Below are positions 17,221 through 26,892 of a DNA stretch of 64,000 nt, piece by piece. Within the stretch, counting starts at the first letter, position 1. Each line of letters starts with the position of its first letter. The notes below the pieces were generated by a model. It was not told the DNA's origin, did not search any database, and saw only the letters and a program-made list of their open reading frames with translations. A program made the position numbers and the translations under genes. Source of the stretch: Candidatus Omnitrophota bacterium (GTDB taxonomy: Bacteria > Omnitrophota > Gorgyraeia > Pluralincolimonadales > CAZUZR01); NCBI GenBank assembly GCA_043821025.1, contig JBDRDF010000032.1, forward strand, positions 11,261 through 75,260, read 5' to 3'.

Positions 17221-19596
17221 ATGAAATACGGATATTTCAGCGAAGACGGTAAGGAATATATCATCGACAGTCCGCTTACCCCGCGGCCGTGGTTTAACTA
17301 CCTTTTTAATAAAAAATATCACGCCCTTGTATCGCAAACAGGCGGCGGATTTAGTTATTATAAGGACCCCAAGGTTAACAGGATATTGCGCTACGATCAC
17401 ATCCATACCGACCGTCCGGGTAGATATCTATTTCTGCGCGATGAAACTACGAACGAATTCTGGTCAGCAAATTGGCAGCCGTTGAAATCCAAATTGGATT
17501 TTTGGCAATGCCGTCACGGTTTAGGCTATAGCGTAATCGCCTCTAAATATAAAGGAATAGGGACGGAACTGACCTATTTTGTGAATTTACAAGAGCCAGT
17601 CGAATTCTGGCTCATCAAAGTAAAAAATGATTCTAAGCGCAAGAAGATCTTAAAGATTTTTCCATTTGCGGAATTGGTTTGCGGTAATATCGAATTAGAG
17701 AATAATTATAGGAATATACTTTGTTTATATAATGAGGGGTATTTCGATAAGAAATTAAACGGCATAGTTTCTTTTAAACACCCGTTTAAAAAAGAACATA
17801 AGGTAACTTATACCTTTTTTGGTATGGATGAAAAGATAGATGCTTTCGATTGCCACAAAGGAAAGTACTTCGGCCGTTACAACGATAATCAAAATTCCGA
17901 AACCTTAAAGCGTGGCAAGTTGGGTAATAACAATGTTCGCGGCGAAGATATGGTAGCTGTCTTGGAGAAAAAATTAATTTTAAAGCCAGGTCAAAAAAAA
18001 GAGATCGTGGTTATTTTGGGCGTTGCCGAAAGCGAGCGCGATTTAAAAAGAATAGCGAAATTTAAAAATTTGAAATTTGCTAAAAATTCTTTAAAGGCAA
18101 ATAAGCTATATTGGGAAAAGGCATTGGATAAGATCATAGTTAAGACGCCGGATCCAGATTTCGATCTAATGGTGAATATCTGGGGCAGATATCAACTATA
18201 TGCCATTACTTGCTGGCGCGGCACTTCCCAATATCACGGCGGAGAAGGTGGATTGGGCTATCGCGATACCGCTCAGGACATTGAGGGGCTTTTGGCTTTG
18301 GATTTAGATTTGGCAAGAGAAAAATTAGACAAGATACTTTATTATCAATATAACTCTGGCCATGCTGTCTCCGGTTTTTCGGATGTAGAGGGTTCTTGGG
18401 ATAAGCACACAGGCAGTATTGTAATAGGAAAGGCGGATGTGGCTATTTGGTTGGTTTTTACAGTGATCTCATATCTTAAAGAGACAGGGGATTTCAAGTT
18501 CTTAAAAAAGGAATATGGCTTTCACGATGGCGGAAAAACCACTGTATATGAACATATACTAAGAGCGATAAGATATTTATATAGTCAGCGCGGAAGACAC
18601 GGCCTTCCGTTTATTAAAAAGGCTGATTGGAATGACGCTTATGACTCGGTCGGAATAAAAGGAAAAGGAGAAAGCGTCTGGCTTGGGATGGCGTTGGTTA
18701 GAGCCTGTCGGCAAATAGAATCGTTGGCTAATTTTATTGGCGATAGAAAAATAGCCGAGGAGATGAAAGAGAAATCCCGTCTCTTAACCAAAATCATTAA
18801 TAGAGCGGGATGGGATGGAAATTGGTACTTAGCAGCTTTTAACGACGAAGGATTTAAGATAGGGTCAAATAAAAACAAAGAGGGCAAAGTGCCTCTTAAT
18901 AGCCAAACCTGGGCGATTTTGAGCGAACTAGTTCCGCGGGAGAGACTTAAAAAAATCCTAAATAAGATCGACAATTATTTAAATACCGAATATGGCCCGG
19001 TATTATTTTTGCCGTCCTATACAAAATTTAATCCCGGAATCGGAAGGGTTACTGCATTCGCCGCCGGAACGAAGGAAAATGCAGCTGTCTTTTCTCATGC
19101 CTGCGCTTTTAAAATTGTGGCGGATTGTATATTAGGTCGGGGCGATAAAGCCCACGAGACATTTAAAAAATTATGTCCTATGAGTAAAGCTAAGAGCGAT
19201 CACGATAAATATAAAGCCGAGCCATACGTATGGGCAGAATATGTTATCGGGCCAGGAAATAAGGACAATTTCGGCGAAGGTGCATTTACATGGAATACCG
19301 GCACAGCACCATGGATGTTTATGGCTGCCTGCGAATGGATATTAGGGGCGAGGAGGGATTTCGGAGGGCTGCTAATCGACCCGTGCATACCAAAGCACTG
19401 GAGGAGATGTTCTATAAAAAGGCCTTTTAGAGGAGCGACCTATTTGGTCGAAATCGAGAACCCTAAAGGGGTGGAGCATGGGGTTGATAAGCTTATAGTC
19501 GACGGCGTCGAAGTAAAAGGAAATTTAATCAAGCCTCACGGCGACGGAAGAACTCATAACGTTAAGGTGATAATGGGCAATGGTAGGGATAGGTAA
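17221..19596 (+). CDS. GH94-family glycoside phosphorylase (cellobiose/cellodextrin/beta-glucan phosphorylase-like)
   Basis: It is 791 aa with an (alpha/alpha)6-barrel-type sequence (GGEGGLGYRDTAQDIEG...KAEPYVWAEYVIGPGN...LLIDPCIPKHW). The domain order is typical of cellobiose phosphorylases. Confidence 0.65.
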   Translation: MKYGYFSEDGKEYIIDSPLTPRPWFNYLFNKKYHALVSQTGGGFSYYKDPKVNRILRYDHIHTDRPGRYLFLRDETTNEFWSANWQPLKSKLDFWQCRHGLGYSVIASKYKGIGTELTYFVNLQEPVEFWLIKVKNDSKRKKILKIFPFAELVCGNIELENNYRNILCLYNEGYFDKKLNGIVSFKHPFKKEHKVTYTFFGMDEKIDAFDCHKGKYFGRYNDNQNSETLKRGKLGNNNVRGEDMVAVLEKKLILKPGQKKEIVVILGVAESERDLKRIAKFKNLKFAKNSLKANKLYWEKALDKIIVKTPDPDFDLMVNIWGRYQLYAITCWRGTSQYHGGEGGLGYRDTAQDIEGLLALDLDLAREKLDKILYYQYNSGHAVSGFSDVEGSWDKHTGSIVIGKADVAIWLVFTVISYLKETGDFKFLKKEYGFHDGGKTTVYEHILRAIRYLYSQRGRHGLPFIKKADWNDAYDSVGIKGKGESVWLGMALVRACRQIESLANFIGDRKIAEEMKEKSRLLTKIINRAGWDGNWYLAAFNDEGFKIGSNKNKEGKVPLNSQTWAILSELVPRERLKKILNKIDNYLNTEYGPVLFLPSYTKFNPGIGRVTAFAAGTKENAAVFSHACAFKIVADCILGRGDKAHETFKKLCPMSKAKSDHDKYKAEPYVWAEYVIGPGNKDNFGEGAFTWNTGTAPWMFMAACEWILGARRDFGGLLIDPCIPKHWRRCSIKRPFRGATYLVEIENPKGVEHGVDKLIVDGVEVKGNLIKPHGDGRTHNVKVIMGNGRDR

Positions 19597-20698
19597 AAAT
19601 TTTTTAAAGGAAAGTAATCGAAGACTTATCTTAAAGGTCATCTATGAGAATTCACCTATATCGAGGACTCAGATAGTCAGGCATACGAATTTGAGTAAGG
19701 TAACCGTAACGAGGATCGTCAACGAATTGATTAAAAGCGGCCTTGTATTTGAAGGCGAGCAAACCGCTTCCAGCGGAGGCAGGCCTCAGGTTCTTATAAG
19801 GTTGATTCCCGACGCAAGGTATGCTATCGGTGCTGATATTGGAATTTCAGATGTTAAAATCGGTGTGTGCGATTTAAGGTGCAATGTACTTTTTAAGTTA
19901 GAAAAAAAGATCACGCCAAAGATCGAAAGTAACAAATTGGCCGAACTTTTATTTAATTCAGTAAAAGAACTGATAAGATCATCAAATGTTCATGCCGATA
20001 AGGTACTGGGAGTGGGAATCTCTATGCCCGGGGTTATAGACGCTGATAAAGGTATAGTCAAATCATCATTTATTTTAAGCGAACGAAATGTACCATTGGA
20101 GGGAATTTTGGAAAATAAACTTAAGTTGAACGTCGTTGTCGATAGAGACGCTAACGCAGGATTATTTTACGAAAGATTTATGGGTAAAGGCAAGGATATC
20201 GATGATATACTATATATTTATACCCGTAAGAATGAAGCGGGAGAAATGGGAGTCGGCTGCAGTTTCCTTCTTGATAGTCAGATATATCGCGGGGCGGATT
20301 ATTGCGCGGGAGAGATCGGTTTAGCCCACAGCGACGATGAAAAAGAAGCGATTTTTGAGCCATTTTCTTCTTATGAATCAATCCCGTTTCGCAACGCTAT
20401 GCAAGCCGCAAAAAATGGAGATGAACAAGCAAATAAAATTTTATTCGAGGTAGGTGAAAAGATCGGACAGGGAATTTCATTTTTGGTCAATTTGCTAAAT
20501 CCGAAATTGGTGATCGTAGGCGGAGATTTTTCCATGGCGGGAGAGCCGTTTTTTAAATCGCTGGCAAATTCTCTTGAGAGGCATATTTTTGATTTTTCAA
20601 CTAAAGATATAAAGCTCGAATCCTCTTCAGCCGACGAATATTCCGGTATAAAAGCAGCTGCCTTTATGGTCATAGCTAAAACAGTGGGATATAAATGA
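19580..20698 (+). CDS. ROK-family transcriptional regulator (N-terminal wHTH plus sugar-kinase-like domain)
   Basis: It has an N-terminal HTH (ISRTQIVRHTNLSKVTVTRIVNELIKSGLV) and ROK motifs (GVGISMPGVID, GCSFLLDSQIYRGADYCAGEIG). Confidence 0.7.
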   Translation: MVGIGKNFLKESNRRLILKVIYENSPISRTQIVRHTNLSKVTVTRIVNELIKSGLVFEGEQTASSGGRPQVLIRLIPDARYAIGADIGISDVKIGVCDLRCNVLFKLEKKITPKIESNKLAELLFNSVKELIRSSNVHADKVLGVGISMPGVIDADKGIVKSSFILSERNVPLEGILENKLKLNVVVDRDANAGLFYERFMGKGKDIDDILYIYTRKNEAGEMGVGCSFLLDSQIYRGADYCAGEIGLAHSDDEKEAIFEPFSSYESIPFRNAMQAAKNGDEQANKILFEVGEKIGQGISFLVNLLNPKLVIVGGDFSMAGEPFFKSLANSLERHIFDFSTKDIKLESSSADEYSGIKAAAFMVIAKTVGYK

Positions 20699-20714
20699 GA
20701 AAGGAGGAGATGTA

Positions 20715-21335
20715 ATGAAAAGGAATATTAAATTTTGTTGTGCGCTATTAGTCTGCATGTTTTTTGTATTTAGCGCTTTTAAAACAGCTGAAGCAGAGGT
20801 AAAGTTGATAGATGATTTTAAAGGACAGGAAAACCTTTTAGGTGGGAAAAGCAATGTGTACCAGCAGGAACCTTCCAGAGCCTACCTTAGTAGAAAGGCA
20901 GTAGAACGAGATGGAAAGAGCGAGATGGTGCTTATGATCAAATACGATAAGAAGAACAAGGGTGGCTCTTATGACTCCGGAGGCTGGTGCGGCTATTATA
21001 CCTTGCTCAAGACAGATAGCACATATTTTGACATTTCAAAGTATAAAAATCTTACATTGTGGGTTAAAGGCGCCCAAGGAGATGAAAATTTTAAAGTGGG
21101 ATTAGCGGATAGGCATTGGGAGCAAGCAGATGATTCAGTCAAATCCGACCAGATAGGCGCCTATCTTAAAGCAGGGAAAATAACCACTGATTGGCAGAAG
21201 GCGACCATACCCCTAAATCTATTCTTAATCGATTTTACCGAAATGTCTTCGCTCGCTATATGTTTTGAAAGCGAGTGTTTTCCTGACGGCAGTGGCATGG
21301 GCACAGTTTATATTGACGATATAGCCTTAGAGTAA
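20715..21335 (+). CDS. Secreted CBM11/CIA30-like domain protein (paralog)
   Basis: An SD sequence (AAAGGAGGAG) and a signal peptide are present. It has GGWCGYYTLLK, LTLWVKGAQGDENFKVGLADRHW, DWQKATIPLNLF and GTVYIDDIALE. Confidence 0.55.
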   Translation: MKRNIKFCCALLVCMFFVFSAFKTAEAEVKLIDDFKGQENLLGGKSNVYQQEPSRAYLSRKAVERDGKSEMVLMIKYDKKNKGGSYDSGGWCGYYTLLKTDSTYFDISKYKNLTLWVKGAQGDENFKVGLADRHWEQADDSVKSDQIGAYLKAGKITTDWQKATIPLNLFLIDFTEMSSLAICFESECFPDGSGMGTVYIDDIALE

Positions 21336-21339
21336 ACAG

Positions 21340-23610
21340 ATGGGACTTAATTTTAAAGGGAATAAAAAAGTATTCTTCATAATAGCGATTGTAGTTATTA
21401 TTTTGTTTATAGCGGCGACATCTATATTTTTCGTTACAGAGATACAGGAATTCAAAGAGAAAATCTTTGAAATAGTAGAAAAGCCTAAAGGGGAATTATT
21501 AAAGCCAATTCTAATCGACGATTTTAACAAAGGTTTTACCAGCGGCCTATTTTATGAACGGATTAATTCCCTCGGGGGCTACCAAGGTACTTGGGCGAAG
21601 AGACCATCCTATAGCCTTATAAATAAGAGCTCAGAAGATAGAATCGGAGAAAAAGGCAAAGCATTAGTTATAGAGTTTAAGAAGGAAGCCGGTTGGTGCG
21701 GCTGGTATACATTATTAAATGGGCTTGATGCCAGCAGATATAATACGTTAAGTTTCTGGGTTAAAGGTGCCGAAGGAGGAGAAAAGTTTGATATAGGCAT
21801 TGCGGATAGCGAAATGCAAGAATTGGAGATAGATGCTGTTTATATTGGAAGTATAAATGCCTTTCTGCGGAAAGGAGTTACCAAGCGTTGGCAGGAGGTA
21901 AAGATTCCATTGTCTAGGATAGCCGGTGAGGTCAATTTTTCATCGTTAGGATCGGTTGTTTTCTGGTTTAAATATGCGGGAGCAGGCAAGATTTATGTGG
22001 ACGATATGATGTTCAGAGATGACCCGGAGATCGCAAGGATTGAAAGGTATAATACCCCAAAGGCAAGATATGCCCGCAGACATCCCCGAGCGATGTGGGT
22101 TTGGAAGACAGACCCGATAATCAATTTGATTGCGAGAGAAAAACTGTTTGAATTTTGCAGGACAGCAGCTATTAAGACCATCTATCTTTATCTTGGGGAT
22201 TTACCAGAAGACACCGAAAAGTTGAGCCAATTCTTAACGGAAGCCCATAACAAGAAAATTTTGGTAGAGGCCTTGACGGGTAACCCCGTATGGTGCCTTA
22301 GTGAAAATCACCAGCTGACCTTGAATTGGATTAAGTCGTTCCTGGAATATAATAAATTCAGGATTTCACGAGAACGGATCGATGGAATCTCTTTGGACGT
22401 CGAGCCATATTTGACATCTGAGTGGGTGCAGGATAGGGAGTCCGTTAAGCGGCAGTATATTGAAATGCTAAGGAAGTGTAGACAACTCATCGATTCCTAT
22501 GAACAGGATTTTCGCTTTGGAGTGGCAATTCCGATATTTTTCGACAAAGAGGAAGATGGACTTTTTGAACAGAGAACGTTAGAGTTAGTCGATTATTGCG
22601 CTTTAATGGATTATTATGATGACGCTCCAAATTTAATCAAAAATGCAAAAAACCATATCGCATTAGCCAAAAAGGCTGGCAAGAAGATGGTCGTGGGAGT
22701 GGAGACACAAGACCTTATCAGTATGCACCAGGGTTTAAGGCGCAATACATTTTTTGAAGAAGGTTGGGAAGCAATGGAGAAGGCGTTGTTGAAACTTATA
22801 AAGAAATATAAGAATAGCCCCGCTTTTGAAGGTGTTGCAATTCATTGTTACGAAAGCTACAGGCTTCTTCCAAAAGGAAGGAACGTCCCGACAAAGGAGA
22901 GGCCAAAAGACGTCCGTTCGTTTGCTTCCATTGGGAGAAGAGGCCGGATAATAATCGATGGACGGTTAGACGATTGGGATACCTCGCTACCTTTCCTTCT
23001 CGATAAGAAGGAAGATATAGTGTTTGGAAGCGGCGGTTGGAAAGGCAAGGAGGATTTTAGCGTCGAAGTTTTTAGCCAGTGGGATGCAGAAAATCTATAT
23101 TTCGCTTTTAAGATAAAAGATGATAAGTTAGTTCAGGAGAAAAGCGAAGGCGATATGTGGGAAGGAGATCACGTAGAGCTTTGGTTAGATGTCGACCTTC
23201 TTGGGGATTATAATGAAGCGATCAATAGCAGTGACGATTTTCAATTTGGATTTAGCCCGGGTAATTTTTCAACGCTACCCGCAGAGGTATACATTTGGAC
23301 TCCCCCCTTAGAAGATATGAATTACAAAGACTACATAGCGATAGGGTCGGCGAAGGTCGACAATGGATATATTATAGAAGCGAAAATTCCTAAAGGAGTC
23401 CTATTTTCCAAGCTGAATGAAGATAGGAAAGTTGAGGCGGAGCCGCTTAATGAATTGCCGAAGCGTTTTTCTAAGGGCATGAAGATGGGAATCGGCATAG
23501 ACCCCAGCGAGTGCGATGGCTTAAATGAACCGCAGAAACTTATGATGTCGTCGGCTAAAGAGAGGATTTGGGGCGATCCGACAACATTTATCATATTGGA
23601 GTTAAAATGA
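21340..23610 (+). CDS. Membrane-anchored multidomain protein: CBM11/CIA30-like domain + GH-A-like TIM barrel + C-terminal CBM9/DOMON-like domain
   Basis: It has an N-terminal TM helix. The CBM-like domain reads AGWCGWYTLLNG...LSFWVKGAEGGEKFDIGIADS...RWQEVKIPL...GKIYVDDMMF. The TIM barrel has RAMWVWKTD and GISLDVEPY. The C-terminus has DGRLDDWDT...SQWDAENLYFAFKIKDD...GDHVELWLD. Confidence 0.5.
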   Translation: MGLNFKGNKKVFFIIAIVVIILFIAATSIFFVTEIQEFKEKIFEIVEKPKGELLKPILIDDFNKGFTSGLFYERINSLGGYQGTWAKRPSYSLINKSSEDRIGEKGKALVIEFKKEAGWCGWYTLLNGLDASRYNTLSFWVKGAEGGEKFDIGIADSEMQELEIDAVYIGSINAFLRKGVTKRWQEVKIPLSRIAGEVNFSSLGSVVFWFKYAGAGKIYVDDMMFRDDPEIARIERYNTPKARYARRHPRAMWVWKTDPIINLIAREKLFEFCRTAAIKTIYLYLGDLPEDTEKLSQFLTEAHNKKILVEALTGNPVWCLSENHQLTLNWIKSFLEYNKFRISRERIDGISLDVEPYLTSEWVQDRESVKRQYIEMLRKCRQLIDSYEQDFRFGVAIPIFFDKEEDGLFEQRTLELVDYCALMDYYDDAPNLIKNAKNHIALAKKAGKKMVVGVETQDLISMHQGLRRNTFFEEGWEAMEKALLKLIKKYKNSPAFEGVAIHCYESYRLLPKGRNVPTKERPKDVRSFASIGRRGRIIIDGRLDDWDTSLPFLLDKKEDIVFGSGGWKGKEDFSVEVFSQWDAENLYFAFKIKDDKLVQEKSEGDMWEGDHVELWLDVDLLGDYNEAINSSDDFQFGFSPGNFSTLPAEVYIWTPPLEDMNYKDYIAIGSAKVDNGYIIEAKIPKGVLFSKLNEDRKVEAEPLNELPKRFSKGMKMGIGIDPSECDGLNEPQKLMMSSAKERIWGDPTTFIILELK

Positions 23611-24866
23611 TTAGAAAGATTACGCTGGCAGGGATATTTATTATTTTATTGTGCAGGAATAACCTCGCTTATCCGGATGGGGTGCTCCTCCAAGACATGC
23701 CGCAGCTTCCTAAAGATGCTGCTCTCGACGAAAGGGAAGATATGTTCGGATATCGAGGCAGGGTGGGCGCATTTGTTCTACCCCCTTCTAGGGTAGGGGT
23801 CTATTTTGATGATTCGGAAAATTATGTCCCTGCCGGTAAGGAGGTAAAAGAACCGACCGAAGCACCTAAGGTAGATACTGGCGTAAAAGGTGGCGTGAAA
23901 GAATTTATGCGAGAAGATGAGTCGATCAAGATAACATATGAAAAGGCAGTAGGAGATAAGACTTTTTGCGGGGCATATATTGTAATCAAAGGCGACCTGT
24001 CCAAATATAAAACTATGACTTTTATGATTAAGGGAAAAACAGGCGAGGAAACATTTGAAATCGGAATGAACGATGTCATATCCAATCGCAGAGAGGATGC
24101 GGTTATGATTGGCTCCGTCCATCGTTTTTTGTCAGACGGCATAACGAACGATTGGCAGGAAGTGAAAATTCCACTTTCGGATTTTTATGGGCCGGATTTA
24201 TCGAAAGTTTATAGTATAATTTTTCATTTTAACGAAGAGGGAAAAGGAACTTTCTGGATCGATGACATCCGTTTCCACGAAGAACTCTTGGTCGATAGAG
24301 AAAAGGAGATTCGAAAGAAGGGATACCTTCTTTTAGACGATTTCGATCACGCAACCACGGTGAACCTTTTGGCTCGGAAAACGAACACGTATAAGAAATT
24401 GCCGTCGGTTTGTCGTATGGCGTGGGATAAAAATGTCCGTTACGGAGATAAAGGGCGGTCACTAAAATTAATTTATGATAAGAAATCGGCGGGTTGGTGC
24501 GGGTATTATACCCTGCTTAACCAAATTGACGGAGAATATTACGATTTATCCGGCTATGACAGGGTATCTTTTATGGTCAGGGGAGAGAAAGGCGGTGAAT
24601 CCTTCGAGTTGGGTATGGCTGACAAAAATTGGCTTATCATCGGAGATTCTTTAAAGGCAGGGCAAATCGAGAAATATCTTCCTTCCGGAGTTACTACCGA
24701 ATGGCAAGAGGCGGTAATTCCATTGAAGGATTTTGGGATGTTGGATTTTTCGGAGATGGGTTCCTTCGTCATCAATTTTAATAAAAAACAGAGCAGCGTC
24801 GTTTATATCGATGATATTAAGTTTCATTTAACCAAATCAGAAAGAAAAGAAGGAGGGGGCCAATGA
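23606..24866 (+). CDS. Secreted protein with two tandem CBM11/CIA30-like domains
   Basis: The ATG overlaps the upstream TGA (ATGA). Domain 1 has FCGAYIVIKGD...MTFMIKGKTGEETFEIGMND...DWQEVKIPLSDF...GTFWIDDIRF. Domain 2 has AGWCGYYTLLNQ...VSFMVRGEKGGESFELGMAD...EWQEAVIPLKDF...VVYIDDIKF. Confidence 0.55.
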
Positions 24867-25528
24867 GGATTTCATTTTTCTTATTGTTTGCGATTATATG
24901 CGTAACGAGCTTTATTTTCGAAGCTTATGCTGAAGAGACTGAAGCTGAAGGATATTCTGTGGCAAAAGTCCCGGAGATGAAATTCAAAATCGATGATTTT
25001 GAAAGAAACGAGATGCTAAATTATTTGAACGGCAAGGCGAATGTGTATGTTATGGCACCTTCTCGAATTATGGTCTCTGTAAGAGAAGATGTATATCAGG
25101 GAGAGAAGACCAATGTTTTAATGCTTAAATACGATAAGAAGAACGAAGGCGGCCCTTATGAAACCGGCGGTTGGTGTGGGTATTACTCCCTTTTAAAGAA
25201 CGAGAAGAAAGGGGAATATTTCAATGCCAGCAGGTTCAAATATCTGACCTTTTTAGTTAAAGGCACCAAGGGAGACGAGAATTTTAAAGTAGGCGTAGCG
25301 GACAGACATTGGGATAAAATCGGAGATTCCCTTAAATCGGAACCGATAGGAAAATATCTGTCTGCAGGAAAACTTACTACCGATTGGCAAATTGCCAGAA
25401 TTCCTTTGGATGTCTATTTTCTCGATTACACAAGATTATCCTCGATTGCAATATGTTTTGAGGGCGATTGTTTTCCCAACGGAGCGGGAAGCGGCACCGT
25501 TTATTTCGATAATGTCGCTTTTGAATAA
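24863..25528 (+). CDS. Secreted CBM11/CIA30-like domain protein (paralog; closest to 20715..21335)
   Basis: It has GGWCGYYSLLKNE, LTFLVKGTKGDENFKVGVADRHW, DWQIARIPLDVY and GTVYFDNVAFE. Confidence 0.55.
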   Translation: MRISFFLLFAIICVTSFIFEAYAEETEAEGYSVAKVPEMKFKIDDFERNEMLNYLNGKANVYVMAPSRIMVSVREDVYQGEKTNVLMLKYDKKNEGGPYETGGWCGYYSLLKNEKKGEYFNASRFKYLTFLVKGTKGDENFKVGVADRHWDKIGDSLKSEPIGKYLSAGKLTTDWQIARIPLDVYFLDYTRLSSIAICFEGDCFPNGAGSGTVYFDNVAFE

Positions 25529-25535
25529 AAGGCAA

Positions 25536-26882
25536 ATGTTTAAAAGAATAAATATATACTTTCTTGTCCTTTTAATCACGGCAGGTTTTATATGCCAGGT
25601 ACAGGCGCAACCTGCTCATAAGACTAATCGTGCGATGTGGGTGTGGCATTCTTTGGGCCCTCAGCTCAAAGAAGAAGAAAGAAAAGAGCTCTTTTCTTTC
25701 TGCGAAAAATACGGAATAAACGAACTCTTTTTTCAACTCCAATATGTTTTTTTGGAAGACCAGCCAGAGATAAAATGTCAGATAGGATATGAGAACTTCC
25801 TGCGTTCTTTTCTAAAAGAAGCCCATAAAAGAAAAATAAAGATTCACGCATTAGATGGATATGCAGAATTTGTCCTGCGCCAAAATCATCCCCGCGTACT
25901 GGCTCAAGTAAAGGCGATACTCGAATTTAATGCACGAGGCAAACCGGATGAGAGATATGATGGCATCCATTTGGACAACGAGCCTTATCTTTTATTCGGT
26001 TTCGACGGTCCGCTTAAAGAGGAGATATTAAAACAATTTTTGGAATTAAATCAAAAATGTATGAATTTAGTTCGTGCTTCTGGACAACAAATCGTTTACG
26101 GCGTAGACATACCTTATTGGTTTGAAGAGTTAGATGAAAGGGGCGAGGTCAATTGTCCGGTAACTTTTAAGGGTTCAACCAAAGCAACAAGTTACCATAT
26201 AATAGATATAGTGGATAATGTGGGTATAATGGATTACAGGAATTTTGCGGAAGGGCCTGACGGAATAATCGGTCACGGCATAGACGAGATTAAATACGCC
26301 AGCAAGGTCGGGAAAAAGGTCTATGTAGGCGTTGAGACGTTTAGCGAAGAGCCGGTAAAGTTAATTTTTGTTTATGGATACCCCAAATACGAATTCAATA
26401 AAAGGCTTACGAGCATCGGAGGACAATTCGCTACTCGATTTAAATATAAAGGCCTACATATAGCAAAATTAAGCGACGGCGAGAATATCCACGCTGGCCT
26501 TGCAGTACCTTCGGATTTGAGCCGTCATCCGAACTTTAAAGATATTTTTTTGGAGGTTTGTAGAGTGCTCGGAAAAGATGTTTATGTTTTGGATAAGAAG
26601 GCAGTCGACGAGATGTTATTTAATACTGAAATTGCTGTTTCAAACAATATTGAATATGAAGGATTTAACGCCAAGATGATTCCATCCGATCGAGCAAATA
26701 GGGCATATCTTACTTTTGAGACATATAGGGTTACAATCCCCAAGACGACATTTGCTGGCATGGCCAAATCCGAATTGGAAAAAAATCTTGCGAAGGCGGA
26801 AGAAACATTTAAGGACTATCCTGGGTTTTATGGTTTTGCAATTCATTATTACGAGCCGTATAAGGCAATGAGAGAAGAGTAA
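25536..26882 (+). CDS. Secreted GH-A-clan-like TIM-barrel protein (GHL family paralog)
   Basis: A signal peptide is present (MFKRINIYFLVLLITAGFICQVQAQP). It has NRAMWVWHS and GIHLDNEPY. Confidence 0.5.
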   Translation: MFKRINIYFLVLLITAGFICQVQAQPAHKTNRAMWVWHSLGPQLKEEERKELFSFCEKYGINELFFQLQYVFLEDQPEIKCQIGYENFLRSFLKEAHKRKIKIHALDGYAEFVLRQNHPRVLAQVKAILEFNARGKPDERYDGIHLDNEPYLLFGFDGPLKEEILKQFLELNQKCMNLVRASGQQIVYGVDIPYWFEELDERGEVNCPVTFKGSTKATSYHIIDIVDNVGIMDYRNFAEGPDGIIGHGIDEIKYASKVGKKVYVGVETFSEEPVKLIFVYGYPKYEFNKRLTSIGGQFATRFKYKGLHIAKLSDGENIHAGLAVPSDLSRHPNFKDIFLEVCRVLGKDVYVLDKKAVDEMLFNTEIAVSNNIEYEGFNAKMIPSDRANRAYLTFETYRVTIPKTTFAGMAKSELEKNLAKAEETFKDYPGFYGFAIHYYEPYKAMREE

Positions 26883-26892
26883 AAGGAAAATT

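Noticed and set aside
25392-25535. Extended 5' start of the GH-A-like gene that overlaps the preceding CBM-like gene by 137 nt
   Set aside because: The overlap translation has no homology. ATG 25536 follows the upstream stop and begins a clean signal peptide.
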